The notes beneath the pieces are model-generated. The model saw nothing but the letters and a program-made list of their open reading frames with translations, ran no database searches and was not told the origin of the DNA. This document shows positions 38,001 to 53,000 of a DNA stretch of 64,000 nucleotides, in pieces. Position 1 is the stretch's first letter, and each line of letters opens with the position of its first letter. Where the stretch lies: NCBI GenBank assembly GCA_046563655.1, contig CM102290.1, positions 7,316,001 through 7,380,000 of the forward strand, written 5' to 3'. A program made the translations under genes and the position numbers. This stretch comes from Yuukianura sp. NJ FZ-2021 (taxonomy: Eukaryota).

Positions 38001-41000
38001 GAGTTCAGAACAGGGCCAATCATCTCCAGTTGTGCAAGTATGAAGAATACTTGCAGAGAGACTAGTGTTGGTACTAAACTTTGATGGAGTTCCCATTTCG
38101 CCAAAGTCTACTCAACCAAACCCGGTTAGGTTAGTTTCACTCTAACGGAACATTTGCAGCAGTTGAAGAAAACTGGGGAAGTTCAATTCCCTTGGGTGAT
38201 GGAAGTATGGTTCCATTGAAATAGGGGCAGCGTGGAACTAATGTGGTGAAAGCAAGAGCGTGGGGGGAGGGGGTGGCTTGGAGGGGCCCCTTGGGATGAC
38301 ATTAAATGATTTGCGTGAAGAGTCATTAGGTTTTAAAATTAGGGAAGGAGTAGAGGAGAGAGGCAGGCGGGCAGAGATGCGTTGTTGGATTGGTGCAAGT
38401 GATTACATAAAAATGAAAATAAATTATTAGGTAGAGATTTTCACAAAAGAAAGAAAGCGCGGGTGAGCTTGAGGGCTCCCCCGCTTGGTGTAGAAAAACG
38501 GAGCTTAAGTTGCTGAGTAGTTGGAACTGTCATGAATACATTATGAGCCAGAGATCTGGAAGAGGCATAGTGGGCATTACAAGTAACAAATTCAAAAGAA
38601 AACGGAACAAAAGTGGCTGCCTCTGCTTTCTTTTGTTTTCGACAAAAAAAAATCCAAAATATGAGGCCAGATTTTTACAAAAAAAAAAAAAAAAACATAG
38701 CTTAATTTCCCGGTGCTTTCAAATGCTAAAAATTGTTTTTCTTAGGATTAGTTTAGGTTCAAGGAAGTTGCACAGGTCAAAACTAATAATTAAAATAGTA
38801 ATGAAACAATTTTTGTGGACCAAGGAAAAGGACTCGGGAGAACAGAAGCTTTCAAATGGATGTTATTATGCGAACGAGCATCTGGCACAACGGCGAAACC
38901 CTTTGCCACAACCTACACATTTACACGCGTTTTCATTCGCAACATTCCAAGATCATCCTATGCTTTCTATTTTGCAGGAGTACAAAAACTCAATTTGCAT
39001 TTTTAATGATCAGGCAGAATAGGAAGCTGGAAAATTCTAAATTATGTCAAAATAGAATCCTAGAATCCCTCCCTCCATTGCTAACAAGAAACAGAAACAT
39101 ATAACACCATTTAACGTCTGGCCAAGGAAAACTCCAACCATCGCTAAAGAGACAGCATATATTGTCACTTACAACATATTTGTGGGCACCAGGATAACGA
39201 TTTTGACCAATACAATTAGCAATGTGGCAAAACAGCTTCCAGAACCTGTGCTTCGTATTTTTTTTTATATATATAAAAACGGCACTTGTAGCGTTTAAAA
39301 TGCAAGTTTTTATGCAAAACTTACTGTCAAAGTACGGTTTTGATCCTGTTTTACATAATTTAACCCATTTTGACTTTGTTATTTAGACATTTAAATTCAT
39401 CGCCTTGTAAATGACTAGATGTTTTTGGTTTTTAATTCTAACATCTCTGTTCGGTTTTTAGAACAGTGTTCAAGGAATCTAATAAATATTTCCTAGGGAA
39501 ATGTCTATGGAATTGACTTATTTATAGCCCAAATATCGCCTAAGAGCATTGCAAAATTTGAAGTGGAACGAACCGTAGCGCCTATTTCGAACTTAAAAAG
39601 GCCAAAAGATAGTCATTTTGAAAATGGTGAAAGTTGGAAAGCGATTTCCCTATAGACTTTTCAAAGCTAGAAAAACAGAGTAGTGTAACCAAAAGTGCAT
39701 AATTATACCTGCTCCGCCCAATCCAAAGCACAAAATCATCAAATATGTAAAAAAGGGGGCCTGAGCGCTCATGTCACATTCGACAAGATTTTAATTAAGC
39801 CCTTAGCAATTATTCGTGATGTTCATGGAGGAACGGTCCGCCTTTGTTTTCTCCTTTTCCAGCAAAAAAAAAGTTCATACTAAGGGGAATACACTACGCA
39901 AAGTTCAAATTGAAAGGAAATAGTTTTCGACAAGGCACGCACGCACAACGAAGCAAAAACTAACTACAGTTTCGTTTCCCAGCAAACTGCTTTCACCTCT
40001 TGTATTCTATTTCTTTGCAAAAGGAGCTACAATGCTTAGAATTTTTTCTCTTCCTCGTAGATCTCCTAGCGTCTACACTCATTCAAACTAAATTAACTTT
40101 CCTGTTCAAAAAAAGTAACCTAACTTTCTCCGCTGAAACAGTTACACAAGTTACGATCGAATGTTAAACTACAATAGTTTTTTTTCGGGCTTACTAGAAT
40201 AACGAGGAAATTCGAAAGAACTTTTCAAGGTGAAAAAAACTCCCTTCCACTCCTAAAGTTTCCAAGGATAGTTAAAACTTTGAGAGCATTGAAATCTTCA
40301 GTTTTTGAAAACCTGTTTGAAATGCATTTTTTTTAAATTGAGCAATGGAAAAGTGCGTCTACGGATGTTATCATAACTTTCTCCTGCGGTGGTCTCTGTG
40401 GAGAAAGTTGTCGAGTGCAATTAATTGTTACAAGTACTAAGGCGGGTTTGAACCAATTTAGAAGGGTGTGACGTGTGTAAGTGGGTGAAGATGAAGAAAG
40501 TTGAGTTGAATTCAACTTTTTCTTTATTAATGTCAAAAGTTGCATGGAGTAGAGAAAAAGTCTTCTGAAATAACTGAGCTCAAACGGGGAAAAGATGTAA
40601 TCTAACCCTGGATCAGAGGATCTAAAAACCTACTCATTCCGTCTACTTCCAAGTTTCGTTTTCAATTTTGCTTTTCTACTTTCTCTCTCTACTAAAAAAC
40701 TTCCACATAACCTTGAAAACAAGCCTCTGTCGGTAAAAACTCACTGGAGAAAGTGAAGCAGATTGTAGAAATTATAAATTAATATTTAGGTTTAAATTAA
40801 CATCTCTGCGTCATCGATGTGTAATTCACTCGCAGCTCAGGACTTTCGGGAACTAAAGTCCAAAAGCGTGAGAGTCCTTTGTTGTGGTTGGGGATGTGGT
40901 CTGCCTGCCTTTGTCTCCATTTGAGGAGATGGTGGAGTTACTTAAGGGCCTCTGCACAGGGTGAAGTGAGTAATGGGTGAGTTTGAAAGGGGAAAGGCCT

Positions 41001-44000
41001 AACAGCTATCTCTCTCAAGACATCTCGCAAATGGGCCAAAGGACTTTCACAGTCATTACAGGTAAGGAAACCCTCTTAAATAATTCAATTTGTTTCAAAT
41101 GTCAGGGCACAGTCATTTGACACTCTGACATCCCCACCTTCCTCTTTCCAGAGAGAAAAGGAAATCCAATTTGTCTTTTGTAAGAACTGAATCTTCTGGA
41201 AGCTTCGCATTCACCTACTAACAATAAGTCAGAGCTTTTTCCCTCATCATCACAAAACTTATCACAAATCCACAAACAAATACTAATACAATAAACCGTT
41301 GTAATAGCAGGATATAGCGAAATAAAAATTGAATGCACGACCCGGAAGTTGTTTACTTCCGGTCAAACCGGAAGCCGATTATTCACCCCCACACTGTGTG
41401 AAATCCTGTGAGGATGAATATGTTTCATGTGACCATCGAAATTCGGTCCACCGATTCCAGAGTTGTAGTGTCTTGCAGGCAGATCGACACACTCGAGGAA
41501 AAACATAAAGTAGCGAACCACTTTCACTAAATAATGATCAAAGCTAACGTTATTAGCTCCAGTGCGTATTAGATAGAAACCGATTAAGAAAAAAATACAA
41601 GCTCAAACTCCCAAGCTAATTCCCGAGGTGCGTTGTCGAAAATTACATGTAAAAGAATCCCGCGCAACAAATTTAGGAAAATATTTCAATTCAAGCAGGT
41701 TAGGTAAAGCAAATTTTTTTCACATTATTTTGAGGACTATGGTATGTTAAGAAAGTAGTACTACTTGTTTATGAATTCATAATTCTCATCAACACACGTT
41801 TCAAGAAATGAGAAGTAAATTGCGCGCGTCAAAGCGATTTGCGACTTTTCTTGTCCTAAAAAAAATTTGAGTTAGAAATTTTACATTCGCCAATCTGTCA
41901 GATCTGAGCTCAAATTTAACTGAAAAGCGGGCATCTTATATTGCAAGCACGAGTATGGCGCCTTGTGGTCTAAACGGCTACGTTGCATTGCCAGAAAGAC
42001 GTTTTGACTCTGATAAATAATTGAGGGCGGGTGAGAGATTACAAGGAGAAAACAAATTCAGTTGTGGAGAAAGCCAAAAGCTAAACTTGGAGGAAAAGCT
42101 ACATGATGCCACTCGAGTACTCTGAAATCTATTTTCTTGCCTCGTTATAGCGTTTTCTCTCCGTTAATATTTTATTAATTGGCGGACTACGAAACAGAGG
42201 ATCGGGGTTTAGTTCCATTTGGTCGACATAATCGATTTCCCGCATCGCCGCAACTCCGCTTTGAATGTTTGTTTAAGCGCTCCTGTGCATTCTTTTTCCA
42301 TTTGAAACAATTTATAGTAAGGTAGCACCCAGCAGCGGCAGTAAGCAGAAGATGAGGTGATTGATTATGACTTTTAGGAGGCAAAACCCAACGAGGCGAG
42401 TTGAAAAGAAAGAAAGCATTCCAGCTCCACGGTCACTACTTGTCTTGAACAAGTCATCATTCATCCTAAATCAATCCCACGATCAATTCATATGCGCTAT
42501 TTCGCTGTCAAATTTGGTATGCAAAATGGCGTTCAATTTAAATTTGAAAACAAGTCTGTTCCAAAAGGAATTAATTCTGAAATACAAAATTTTGAATTCT
42601 GAAATTCTTAAAATATTTTGTGCTGACCAAAGAACGGTGAAAGCGAAAACATGCTTATCAAGATACCGTGCTGCATTTAGTGTATTTAGCTGAAATGGCA
42701 AAGTGTTTGAAACTATCTCGGCTTTTCTCGCACTACCTTTAGAACTATTCAAGTCAAAGGGAGATTACCTTAATTGGACTTTAAGTACAATTTAGGTGGG
42801 TAATTTTCAAAAGCGTTTTTAGAGCAAAAGAATACTAAATAGTCTCGAAATGGTTTTGAAAAGAGAGAAACCGAGCTACTCCAATTCCAAAACCTATTAG
42901 AGAAATATGTTAGACTAAAATTCATACCGTTGCAACAAAAGTAGCCAGGCCCACACAAAACCAAATCCTATTTCTAAAAGAAGAAAGCTTGGCTCAATGC
43001 CCTCTTCCTATAATGTGATGAAGCAGAGGAGGGAAAAGTGTGTGTGAGTTTCACTTACCGAGAAGATCCTGTCCAGAGTTGATTCGGCAGGTCTTGGCAG
43101 TCGATGTTTTTGATTTAGTTTTTCCTAGCGGACTTTTACTTGACTTCGGGAGTCCTGATCCCTTGGTTCCCAAGTCAGTTGATGGATTAGGCTGACTAGC
43201 ACTCGTCCACAACCCCTTCTCACCATCAATTTCCCGACTGAAAAAAGTTACCAGGCGAAGAGTCATTACCAAACTTTATTACATTTTGGAGAAGGCCGTA
43301 GCCACAACAAGTCAAGTCATGGCTCCTCTCCGCACATTGATTTGAAAAGGCCTTCTTCATGCATTTCTCCACCTTTTTTTCTGCCTCGGAAGAAATAACT
43401 TGGTGAAAGTTTTTGGTGGATTTAGAGCTTGTCTTTCACTCGAACCCACCGCCATATTTTGTCCATCAAAACCAATCCTGGAACATTCCTGTGGGTTTTT
43501 TTGGGAAATTCCAGACAGAAATCCCACTGAACAAAAAAACACGAAGTCTCTCACGAGGAGACACAAAACTTTATCACACCTTTCTCCTTAACCATTGTTC
43601 CGCTTTCCCTCATCCAATGTGTTTCCAGGTAAGAATTTAGCCAGTAACAAAGAATACCTTTTGCGTTGAAGCATGCTTTGAAAATAAGTTTAACAATGAA
43701 GGAACTTACCTTTCTTTGGTTAACCGGAAGACCGTTGTAACATCAATGATTTTGTTGAGAGCGACCATGGCGGTGTATTGAAGAGGGTGCGGTCCTGTGG
43801 AAAAAAGGAGACTCGCCTTGGACACCGCACACAACACATCGGACAGGTATCGCTTTGGTTCTTCCCGCGTGTGATGGCTTTGCACAGCAACCTAGAGTGA
43901 CAAACACAGTTTGAATTTAAATTTCAGCGAACAAGAATTTTGTTGAATTCAACTTACGGAAATAAGTGTGTGGAGAAGGCCGGAGAGGCATTGATCTAGA

Positions 44001-47000
44001 AAATATTGGAGTGTCATACATGGCCTTGTCTGTTTTTTAAAACTATTTTTCATACATGCCTTAACACATTTGTATAGTACTGTGAGTGCTTACGTGGATC
44101 ATTGGGGACGTCCGTGGTAGGTGGAACCTGCTGGAATCGCTTGAGCAGGGATTGACAATGGTATGCGAGTCCCTGGAGGACATCGTCAAGGCACTCGTCG
44201 TTCGTTGACAGGGATTTAAGCGTGAGAAGACAGCGGGCCAGCTCAGACCATTCCAAGCGACATGGATCTCAAAAAATAATAAAAAGAGGCACTTATAGTC
44301 ACGGAAGGGCGTGTCAAGGGTCACTCTTAGCTTAAAAGTCAGCAAAAGGCCTTCCGTTCAAACGTAATTCGGAATATGATGGGCTGAGCTACTTACCTAC
44401 TTCAATATGTGGTTTGCTCCCCTTGTCTTTTCTTTTCCTTAACTTCTTCTTCGAGTCACACAAGTCATCTCCACTCTGGAATAAAAAGCATGAGCTAATC
44501 AGCCTCCTTAAAATAACTCTATATCTTTAGAATCTAATGAGAACAAGAGTTAGTACTAGGAACCCTTGGGAATCAGAGCTCAAAAGAGAAAGCTCCATTT
44601 GACAAGACAAGGCTTACAATGGGTAACCACTTCTTAAGAATCCAACTTCAAAGGGCTCCGCGGCAGGAGAGCCCTTTTACTCCGAAAATTACCAAACGTA
44701 CTTCCATTTTCTATGACAGGACCCCCTGATCAAAGCATGTTAATTCGAGACTCTTCAAAGTCACTTTCTGTTCCACTTTCTCTAACAAAACAGTCCAATC
44801 CATAACGTATTCTTACAATCTTAGACACATGAACACTATCAAGGACTTTCTAAAAGTGGGTGAGACTGCGCTTTGAATTTTCTAAATGAAACTAATAGAA
44901 TCCAACATAAAGGAATGTTTCCACCAAACGTCCGATAACAAATCTAATTGAATCACCTTACTTCACAAATCGAACGAACATCTATGTCAAATCGAACGCA
45001 AAGGCCTTGCGTAATGGATTGTCAAACACAACAAAGTTTGCTGAAATTCGACAGTCCTAAAAAAAAAGTTCAGTCTATTTTTTTTAAAGACAAACATTCC
45101 ATTTCATTTTGCATTCCTGTCGCTGACTTTCTGCTGTTCCTGTCGCAGTAAAAATCGTCAAGAAAGACATATTTGGGTTTCTAAAGGAAAGCCATATGTA
45201 TCCTGCTGCCCAAAAAAAGTCTGTTCGGTTGGAGATAGATGTAAAGTGAGAAATCCCATTAGGATTTACTTTCTCCACATGTTTTTGGCACAGCGTATCA
45301 TAAAGCGACTACTAAAGAGCGTCAGACGCCAAGAAAGGCTGCTGCTGCGGTTTGAGCAGTTTCTCACTTAGAACTCGTGGTTAATAACACTCTCATGAAA
45401 AAGTTCTACTTTCTCCAAAGTCTAGTTTCTAAAGGTAGTTCAATACTGCAATTTCACGTAGTCCAACCACATGACAGGTCATAGGCCTAACCTGACTGTA
45501 GTTTCGAGGTCAACGGAGTGCAGCATAAGAACCATAGGTTAGGTTATTGTCCATAAATTTGAACAAACGCATCTCCACATTTTACGAGGAAAAGTAAAGA
45601 GTGAAAGCCCTACAGGTTTGTGTGTTTTAGTGCTCAGGAAGGCACAATTTCCTTTTTCCTGTCCTTGTCGGTCAGTGAAGCTAACGCTAAGGGAGTCTAT
45701 GGACGATTTTGTATTTTGACACTGAGCCCTTGTCTCATTGCCGGCTGGAAGCTGGACATGGATCAGAAAGAGCATCTCGTGGAGAGACAATGGTTAGGGT
45801 AGGCCTGTCGTCATCCATCGAGGGGTGGAGTGTGGAGATGAAGGTGAAACTTTATGACAGGAGTATTATGGTGCCAACACTTGGAAGATAATGCAAGTGT
45901 CTGACAGCTATCAGAATTTGTACTTGGACTAAAAGCTTGCCGAAGGGAAAGTTCCATCTCCGATGAAATTAAGCATCAACGACTTTAGCCTTTCTCTCTT
46001 ACGCAGTGATAGGCTATCCCTAACCTTACCTCCGCCATCTCTCTGTGTGGTTTTCCTTCTCTGTTCTAACACTAGAAGGATAACGTAAGATAGGGATTGT
46101 TTGAGACAGATTATTGTGTCATCCTTTGGGAAACGCGACAACTTAAGGGAGAAAGTTAGCTCAAACAACAAATTCCAACCACCAACATTACAGAATAAAG
46201 TTTACCTTTGGAGGACGTTGAATTGAGCCCATGGTGACTCCTGACGTTGGTCCCTCAGTTCCAGACGGTGGTTCAGGCATAATGGTGTGGTCAGTTCCAG
46301 GTTTCCAAGGGCCCTTTGAGGCCTGCACACGAGAATCTCCTTTGTCACGGTGATGTCTTGCCTCGTGCAGCTTCTTGAATAGGCGACTTGACCTTGAAGA
46401 CGGTTCTCGGGCACCTGATTGCACAAACAACAAGTTTCAGCAAAAGTCAAGGAAAAATTCAATTAATTCAGTACCGGGTTCTTGGGAGATTGAAATAATT
46501 TTTGAGCAATATATGGAAATGGAGTTTTAAAATTTGGAAATTCAATGGAACCAAAAGAGAGTGCTAAAAATGGCGAAAGAGCGCTGAAATGTGGACGGTG
46601 AACCCTAGTGCAGTAGAGAAACTAATTAGTTTCCACTGACTGACCTTGTTCTGAGTGTTCACTCATGTGAGCTGCATCCTCTAGCACTAAACCCAGCCAG
46701 CAGTCGGCAACGAGTTGCTTTTGAAGTCGACCAATGGGCGGCAAAAGGTCAACGGGCGACACGCCGCGTTCATTTCGAATTGAAATTTTCCCGCCGGCTT
46801 CCATTAGATCCAAAATAGGATCCCAGGGGGTAGGTGACTGTATCACTGCCAGATGAAGAGGAGTATTGCCAAGTGAATCCTACCAAACATTTCAAACCAT
46901 TTCACAAATAATTTCTTCAGCTCAATTTCTACTGAAAACTTCACAATTATTTTATACCTAACTTTCACTTCATTAAATCATCAAAAAAACTCAACAAACT

Positions 47001-50000
47001 GAAAAAATTCCCCCTATTGTATGTTTTCTTTTTTGTATTTTTTTCTGTTTCATATCTATCCTAAATCGGAGAATTACAACTTTCGGCAAGCTTTCTTTTC
47101 CTCTTTTATCAACAATTTTGAACTACTTTTTGTTTAAAAAATTTTTAAATTAAGTTTCCTGTCATCTGTCATTTTTCCTAAGAAAAGAGGTTTAGTGAAC
47201 GATTTCGTGATAAAACACGTTCCAAAGCCCCTCGCGGGGGACTTAGCCCCTTGAATGCTTTATAATACCAACTCATCTATCGGTTACTTGACGCATCATC
47301 ACCTCCGTGTGCTTTCTCTTCCCAAAAACTACGTCTTCCGTCTAGGTTCAAGGAAACATCTTAATTTCCCGTAAGGTTTTTTCACTTCTAAAACTTACGG
47401 CAAAAAGTGGTTTGGCCCCAAATTGAAGCAGAAGGGCGACGGGAGTGGTGCGACCACGAGATGAAGCCAGAAACAGCGGTGGAAGCGTCATCAAGTGTGA
47501 CGACGTATAGTGCTCCAGGAAAGTAATTTCACGGCCACGAGGTTCCAGAGCGACGACAAGGAGGCCCTTGGAAATGGAAGGATTGATACTGAGAGGTTTC
47601 CTTGTCACAGTTTCAGAACCTATAGACACATCCGACCAGGAACACGATGAGTACGACACACTTCGTTCTGATCTTCGACGCCCATGAGCTGCAAGAAGTG
47701 ACGAAAAACTGAGATCTTTCCCTTCCAGCTCAAACTGCTCCTCATCTGTAACAAAAACAACAACATGACGCCTTCACATCACATCTTCATGCATTTCCGT
47801 ATCTTCGTAAATGAAATTCCTTCTCTCTTAGTTCCAAACCACAGGAGACACTTCATTTACTTTCCCAGAGAAAGTTCTCAACTTTGTTTTACAAAATCTC
47901 ACGACAAAAGGGTTTGACTCCAATAATGAGTCAAATGTACACAAGGGGAACCGTATTATGTTTCCTCAAACATGCGGTGAAATTGGAAGCTAACCCTATG
48001 CATCTCAATGTCTCTCTGTGCTTAGTAAGTAGAAAAACCTCAAAAGATCTAAGTTTAGAATAATTTTAGTTTTAGAACTGTAGAACTTCAGTTTAGTTTA
48101 AACAAGGCATGAGGAGAGGTAAAAAGAAAATGAAATGCCCTGTAGACCTTAGAATGAGAAACTAAAAAAAATCAATTTAGACACAGGGGCATTAAATTGG
48201 ATTGGTTCTCTACTTTTTTTCGTTTTAGGTTTAAGTGCCTTTATAAGTATTATTTTAAGGTTCTTCTTTGGTAAGTTGTGAACAAATCGATTTCTTTTTC
48301 GAATCAAAGAAACCCAACCACCGCCTTATTCGAAAACGAAAAGGCGGAGGGTGAAAATGTAGATTTCCTTTTCCACTTTCTCTTTTCCATGTAGAATATT
48401 TTCCTCTTTTTAGTCTTCTGCTATAGTAGGTACACACTCCACAGTAATAATTAAATTTTTTCCAGTTCCAAATATTATTTGAGAACCAATTATTTTCTCT
48501 CATCAAAACCACGTTTTGAGTTTACTCACTGAAACTTTAGTGGATTTATAATTACAAGGGAAGGGAGAGAAATGGCGGAACACTAACAAACACTTCAAGT
48601 ATTCGGGAAAATTCTGAAAACTTCTTTTTCACAATTAATTTTTTCCAACAGACATTTTCACCGGTAACATTCAACAGAACTGTGAAAATGAATTAAACGA
48701 GAGTAGAGAGAAATACAATATCAATTCTGTTCCTTCCAAACAGTTTTTAATTATAATAAGTTTTCAAACCCTCTTAATAATAGCATCAAATACTTTATAC
48801 CGATTTTACTTCCTATCCGGTAGGGGTATTCCGCCCAATTAAAAAAAAGTTTTGTGTTCAGCGCTTGTTTCCATTACATTTTAAGTTTTCAACCATTTTT
48901 TTTTAATTTGTAAAAGTTAAAATTTTTTCAGCGCAAATCAACGGATTCCAAAAATTTTAAGAAATTTTTATCATTTCACAAAACCAAAATTGTTGTACCG
49001 CGAAGATGTTAACTGGAAGATGTTACCAATAAGTAACCTGGAGAAAGCATGATTTCGTAAAGAAACTTATCAGAAGTTCAGTGGGTGGGTGGGGGTAGAA
49101 TATAGTGCAATAGTTTCGCCATTTTCTCGACGCTAGGTATTAGATGTGATTTTGAGTTCAAAGTAAAAAGAATACGAAACGACCCCAACGGAATTTGACT
49201 GCATGAAGATAATTACTGACATGGAAATGGATTTGGCAAGCTTTTTCCTTTACATACTAGATCCAAAATAAAAATTATTCTTGATTCTGTGTAGTAAAAC
49301 TAATCCGTGTCCAAAAATTTCAAAAGAAAATTGATTGCGGCGAACTAATTTTTTCTTCTGTTCCAGAACATGTGTTTGTACAAGTAAGCGTGAGGTTGCG
49401 CGCCAATTTTGGCTTAAAAATGTGGAAAATGAGAAGGTTGGTTTCTTAAATGACTAAAATTACAAAGTTCAAAAACAAAATGGCTAACAACAGTTTCTAA
49501 TCACTGGAAAAACAGAACTTTTCCAACCAGGGTGTAGGCGGGAAAGGCAAATTAAATCTCAACAAAAGTTCCTCGTTCAAACGGTTTTCTTTGATCGTTT
49601 GACCTGGATTTGAACTCGAGTCGAGCCTTGTTTTTAACCGCATTTGAAGAGAGACTTTCATTCCTTGATTGGATTTTCTAATCTTGAACAGGTTTTGGAC
49701 TTGGAAAAGAAATCATTGTTTAGACAGCAGGGAGGCAGAGAGAGGGGGAATCGATCGCTATTCCCCACCATCTCCTTGTTTCTGTCATGAAAAGCAGAGA
49801 AAGTAAGGTGAGAATTAAGGTTGTAGTACCTGTGGGGGTAGACTCGTCTTTTCCAGCGATTGACAGCAGAATGTTGCGAAAGATTTCTGAGCTGCGGCGA
49901 AGTTCTGCAAAAACACCACCTTCCCGCATGGCCGAAGAACTCTCACGCCGAAAATTCCATGGAAAATGTAGTGGAGAACTTTTGAGGGAAATACTTCGGC

Positions 50001-53000
50001 GAGCTTCACGGATTGACGCTAAAGCTCCGGCCACACCAACGGCCCGTTTGGCGACAGTTCTCAGTTCCAACTCACTTTCAAGCGAAAATGATCGTTGACG
50101 GGAAAGGCGCAGCTTTTGCTTCCGTAGTCGATTTGCAAGCGTCATTCTATTCTTGTCTCCAGGTTCACGAAGGCTCGAAACCCAGCTTACACGACGATTC
50201 ATTCTTCGTGTCTGTCCTCCTACATAAAAGAAATCGGAAATCAATTCATCAATAATTGACCTGTCGTCGCCAATAATCGATTCTAAATTCAAGAAATAAG
50301 CGCTAAAATTTCTGACTTTAGTCCTTCAGTATGAGTTTTCTTATAATTTTTTAATTTTCATTTTTTTTACCTCCAGCCCAGTCTTCTCCCTGATTTTCCG
50401 CTCCAGACCCTGATCCTGATCCCGGTAGAACAATTTCTCCGGGTGGCTTACCAACGCTTGAACGTCTTCTTTCATCAGAAGTGCAGTAAACTACGGATAT
50501 TATAGGTCTCACTTCGGACGGAGCTTGCGTTTCTGGATCCCCGTTGGAAGAGTCCGTTTTATTATCGTCACATCGAGTTGACAAGTTACGGAAAGCTTCT
50601 CTTCGGAGATGAGCATTCCGTTCGTCTGCAGTGGCTTTCGTCGACCAGCGACGATCTCTGCATGGGGACACACATCTCGACGACTCACTCGACACGTTGC
50701 GAGAGGAATTGCGTGAAAATATTCTGCCAATCTCTTGGTTTCGACTCGGAGACACGTCACGGGAAATGTTGCGTGGACTCGGGGGACAAAAGACGCAGCC
50801 CGAGCCCCAGGCCGACACAGACGCACTTCGACTCCCCGCAACGGACATGTCGTAGGCCTCGGGAAGGCGACCACCCTTGTTGGGGTCAACGTTCTCACGC
50901 AGAAGGTACCGTATCACATCGTTAGCACCCCACTCCACCGCAACGTGTAGAGCATTTGTGAACACAACGGGATTCTCTTCCGGCTCGCCGGTAATCTCAC
51001 TTGTCCTGGAAAAAAGTAACATCAAAATCAACAAGCTTTCCCCACAAGTTTTCCTTCTGCCAGAAAACTGTTGTGGCCACAAGACTGGTCAAAAAGTCTA
51101 CTGTGTAGTGCTACAGAAAAGAAACTTTGTGATTCAAGTGATAGGTCAACTAAAAGAGATTTAGTGATTTCCTAGCTTTGACAAATTGGTTTCGATATCT
51201 ATGGGGGAATTACGAACAGAAAGACAAGACGTCATCCAGCACAAGTCAAGATCATTTGGCTCGCAATTTCATTTCCTGTCCCCTAACCTAACTTTCTCCT
51301 TTCTTCCTATAGGGCTTCGTCCCAACCAACCTAGAACCTACTCATGCTAATGCAAATCAATTCCGACGGTTCTGACATGCAAGAACTTTTATCTACTCTC
51401 CCAACTGTCAGGCAATCCACTTTCCTCCTAATTTCCTCAACAGCCTAATAATACTACTTCAACTCTATTGTTTTGTAATGTCTTATCATGTTTAATCAAT
51501 GTACGTTCTTATACTTCTGAATACTCAAATTCAACGGCTTTTAGGAGAAGCAGAAATGACCTAATTCCCTTTCAGTTGACTTACACCAGTTCAGTTTGAT
51601 GTTATTATGTTCACAAGTTTGCTTTTTTACAGGAAAAAGTCTTGAAGGAGTCAGTGGGCTTCCCAGAATGAGGGGGGTTTGAACCTCTTCAGAAATTTCA
51701 TTGTCCTCATAAAAAAAAGTTCTGTTTTGATGTTCCAGAAATCTGTTTTAGCATCTTCTAAGAATTTCAACAACCCGCCGTAGGAGGTTAGTAAGAACAT
51801 AGTACCTGGGCTTTGCATTGACTGAAGTTGAAGTTGGCATAGGTCCCATGGTGGGGCCATCGCCCCCACTACCCTCTCCACCTTCCTTTGATCTTGATCG
51901 ATCTATTAACTACATAGACAAAAAAAAACAAAAGAAACATTTACTTTACTTATGTGGTGGTAGTACGATTGGACATTTTCCTGCCGGAGAAAAACCAAAA
52001 CCAAAAACATTTTCCTTTGTTCTTTTCTCTCTTTTTTGTACTAATCGTTTCCTGAGATTTTCCTCTTGGGAAAAGACCGGGAGGCTGGTTGCGGAAAGAG
52101 AGAATATTCGTAAAAAGGATTTATAGAGAGACTTGGTCTTATGGTTCTGGACCAGTATAAATAAATACTGGCACAAAAAGCTGGAAGAAGACGGAAGTAA
52201 TGTGAGGTTGAGCCGCCTCCTGTCTCAGGCTCCAAATGACTCCAGGACATGGAGGTCATTTGGAAGCGGAGAAAGCAAACCTCAGCTTCCCTCCTCTGCC
52301 AGGCGGATTCCTTAGGAAGAAGACGGAGAAAGTGAAGAGGCATGAATTTCATGAATATTTGATTCGATATCGGAGGAGACGTTGTGCCTTCTCCTTTGTC
52401 AATCCAAAGACCCACCCATCGCTGCTCTCACGTTATCACAATCAGACAGTTTGAGATTTCCCACCAGACAAGAAATCCGTAGAATGAAAAAAAAAGCTAA
52501 CCTATATCTGAGTAGTCTTAGTTGTTTCTGGAGCATTGGCTCTCCAGAAGGAGTTACAGAGGTCCACGGGAGATACAAATGGATAGAAAGTTCTGGTGGG
52601 ACAGAACCATTTCCCTCTCTTTTGTTTCTCGTACTTTAAGGTGGCGCGTTATTTTTTTTTCAAAAAGAGAAGAAATGGATTTCGATTTCATGATCCAGAG
52701 TCCGTGACTCGGTTGTAAAAGGGGCCATTTCCTACTTTCCTTCGTTTTAACTTGACACTTTGGATGGTAGTGGAAAGAGGTGGGAAATGGAGTCCCTTCC
52801 AGCACTAGCCCTCTCCCCACTTTCTCTAATTCCCCATAGTCCTCTTTTCCTCTTGCACCTGAAATAGGGCCCTTCAAGGGACGGGCCTAGGCTCCAATTT
52901 AAGCCTTAGGAAACTTCAGCCCAAATTCAAAGTTATGCGCCAAAGGACAGTCCACAGACTTTCTACAAATGCTACACTGTCACCTGGAATCGGTGTCTGT

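Noticed and set aside
38510..39022. 170-aa plus-strand ORF
   Set aside because: Non-ATG start, runs through an A-homopolymer, composition typical of AT-rich intron, no domain.
1388..50950. Numerous short plus-strand ORFs overlapping exons (e.g. 8506-8835, 33481-33816, 49787-50098, 50578-50925)
   Set aside because: They are antisense shadows of GC-richer PLC-epsilon exons with no independent evidence.
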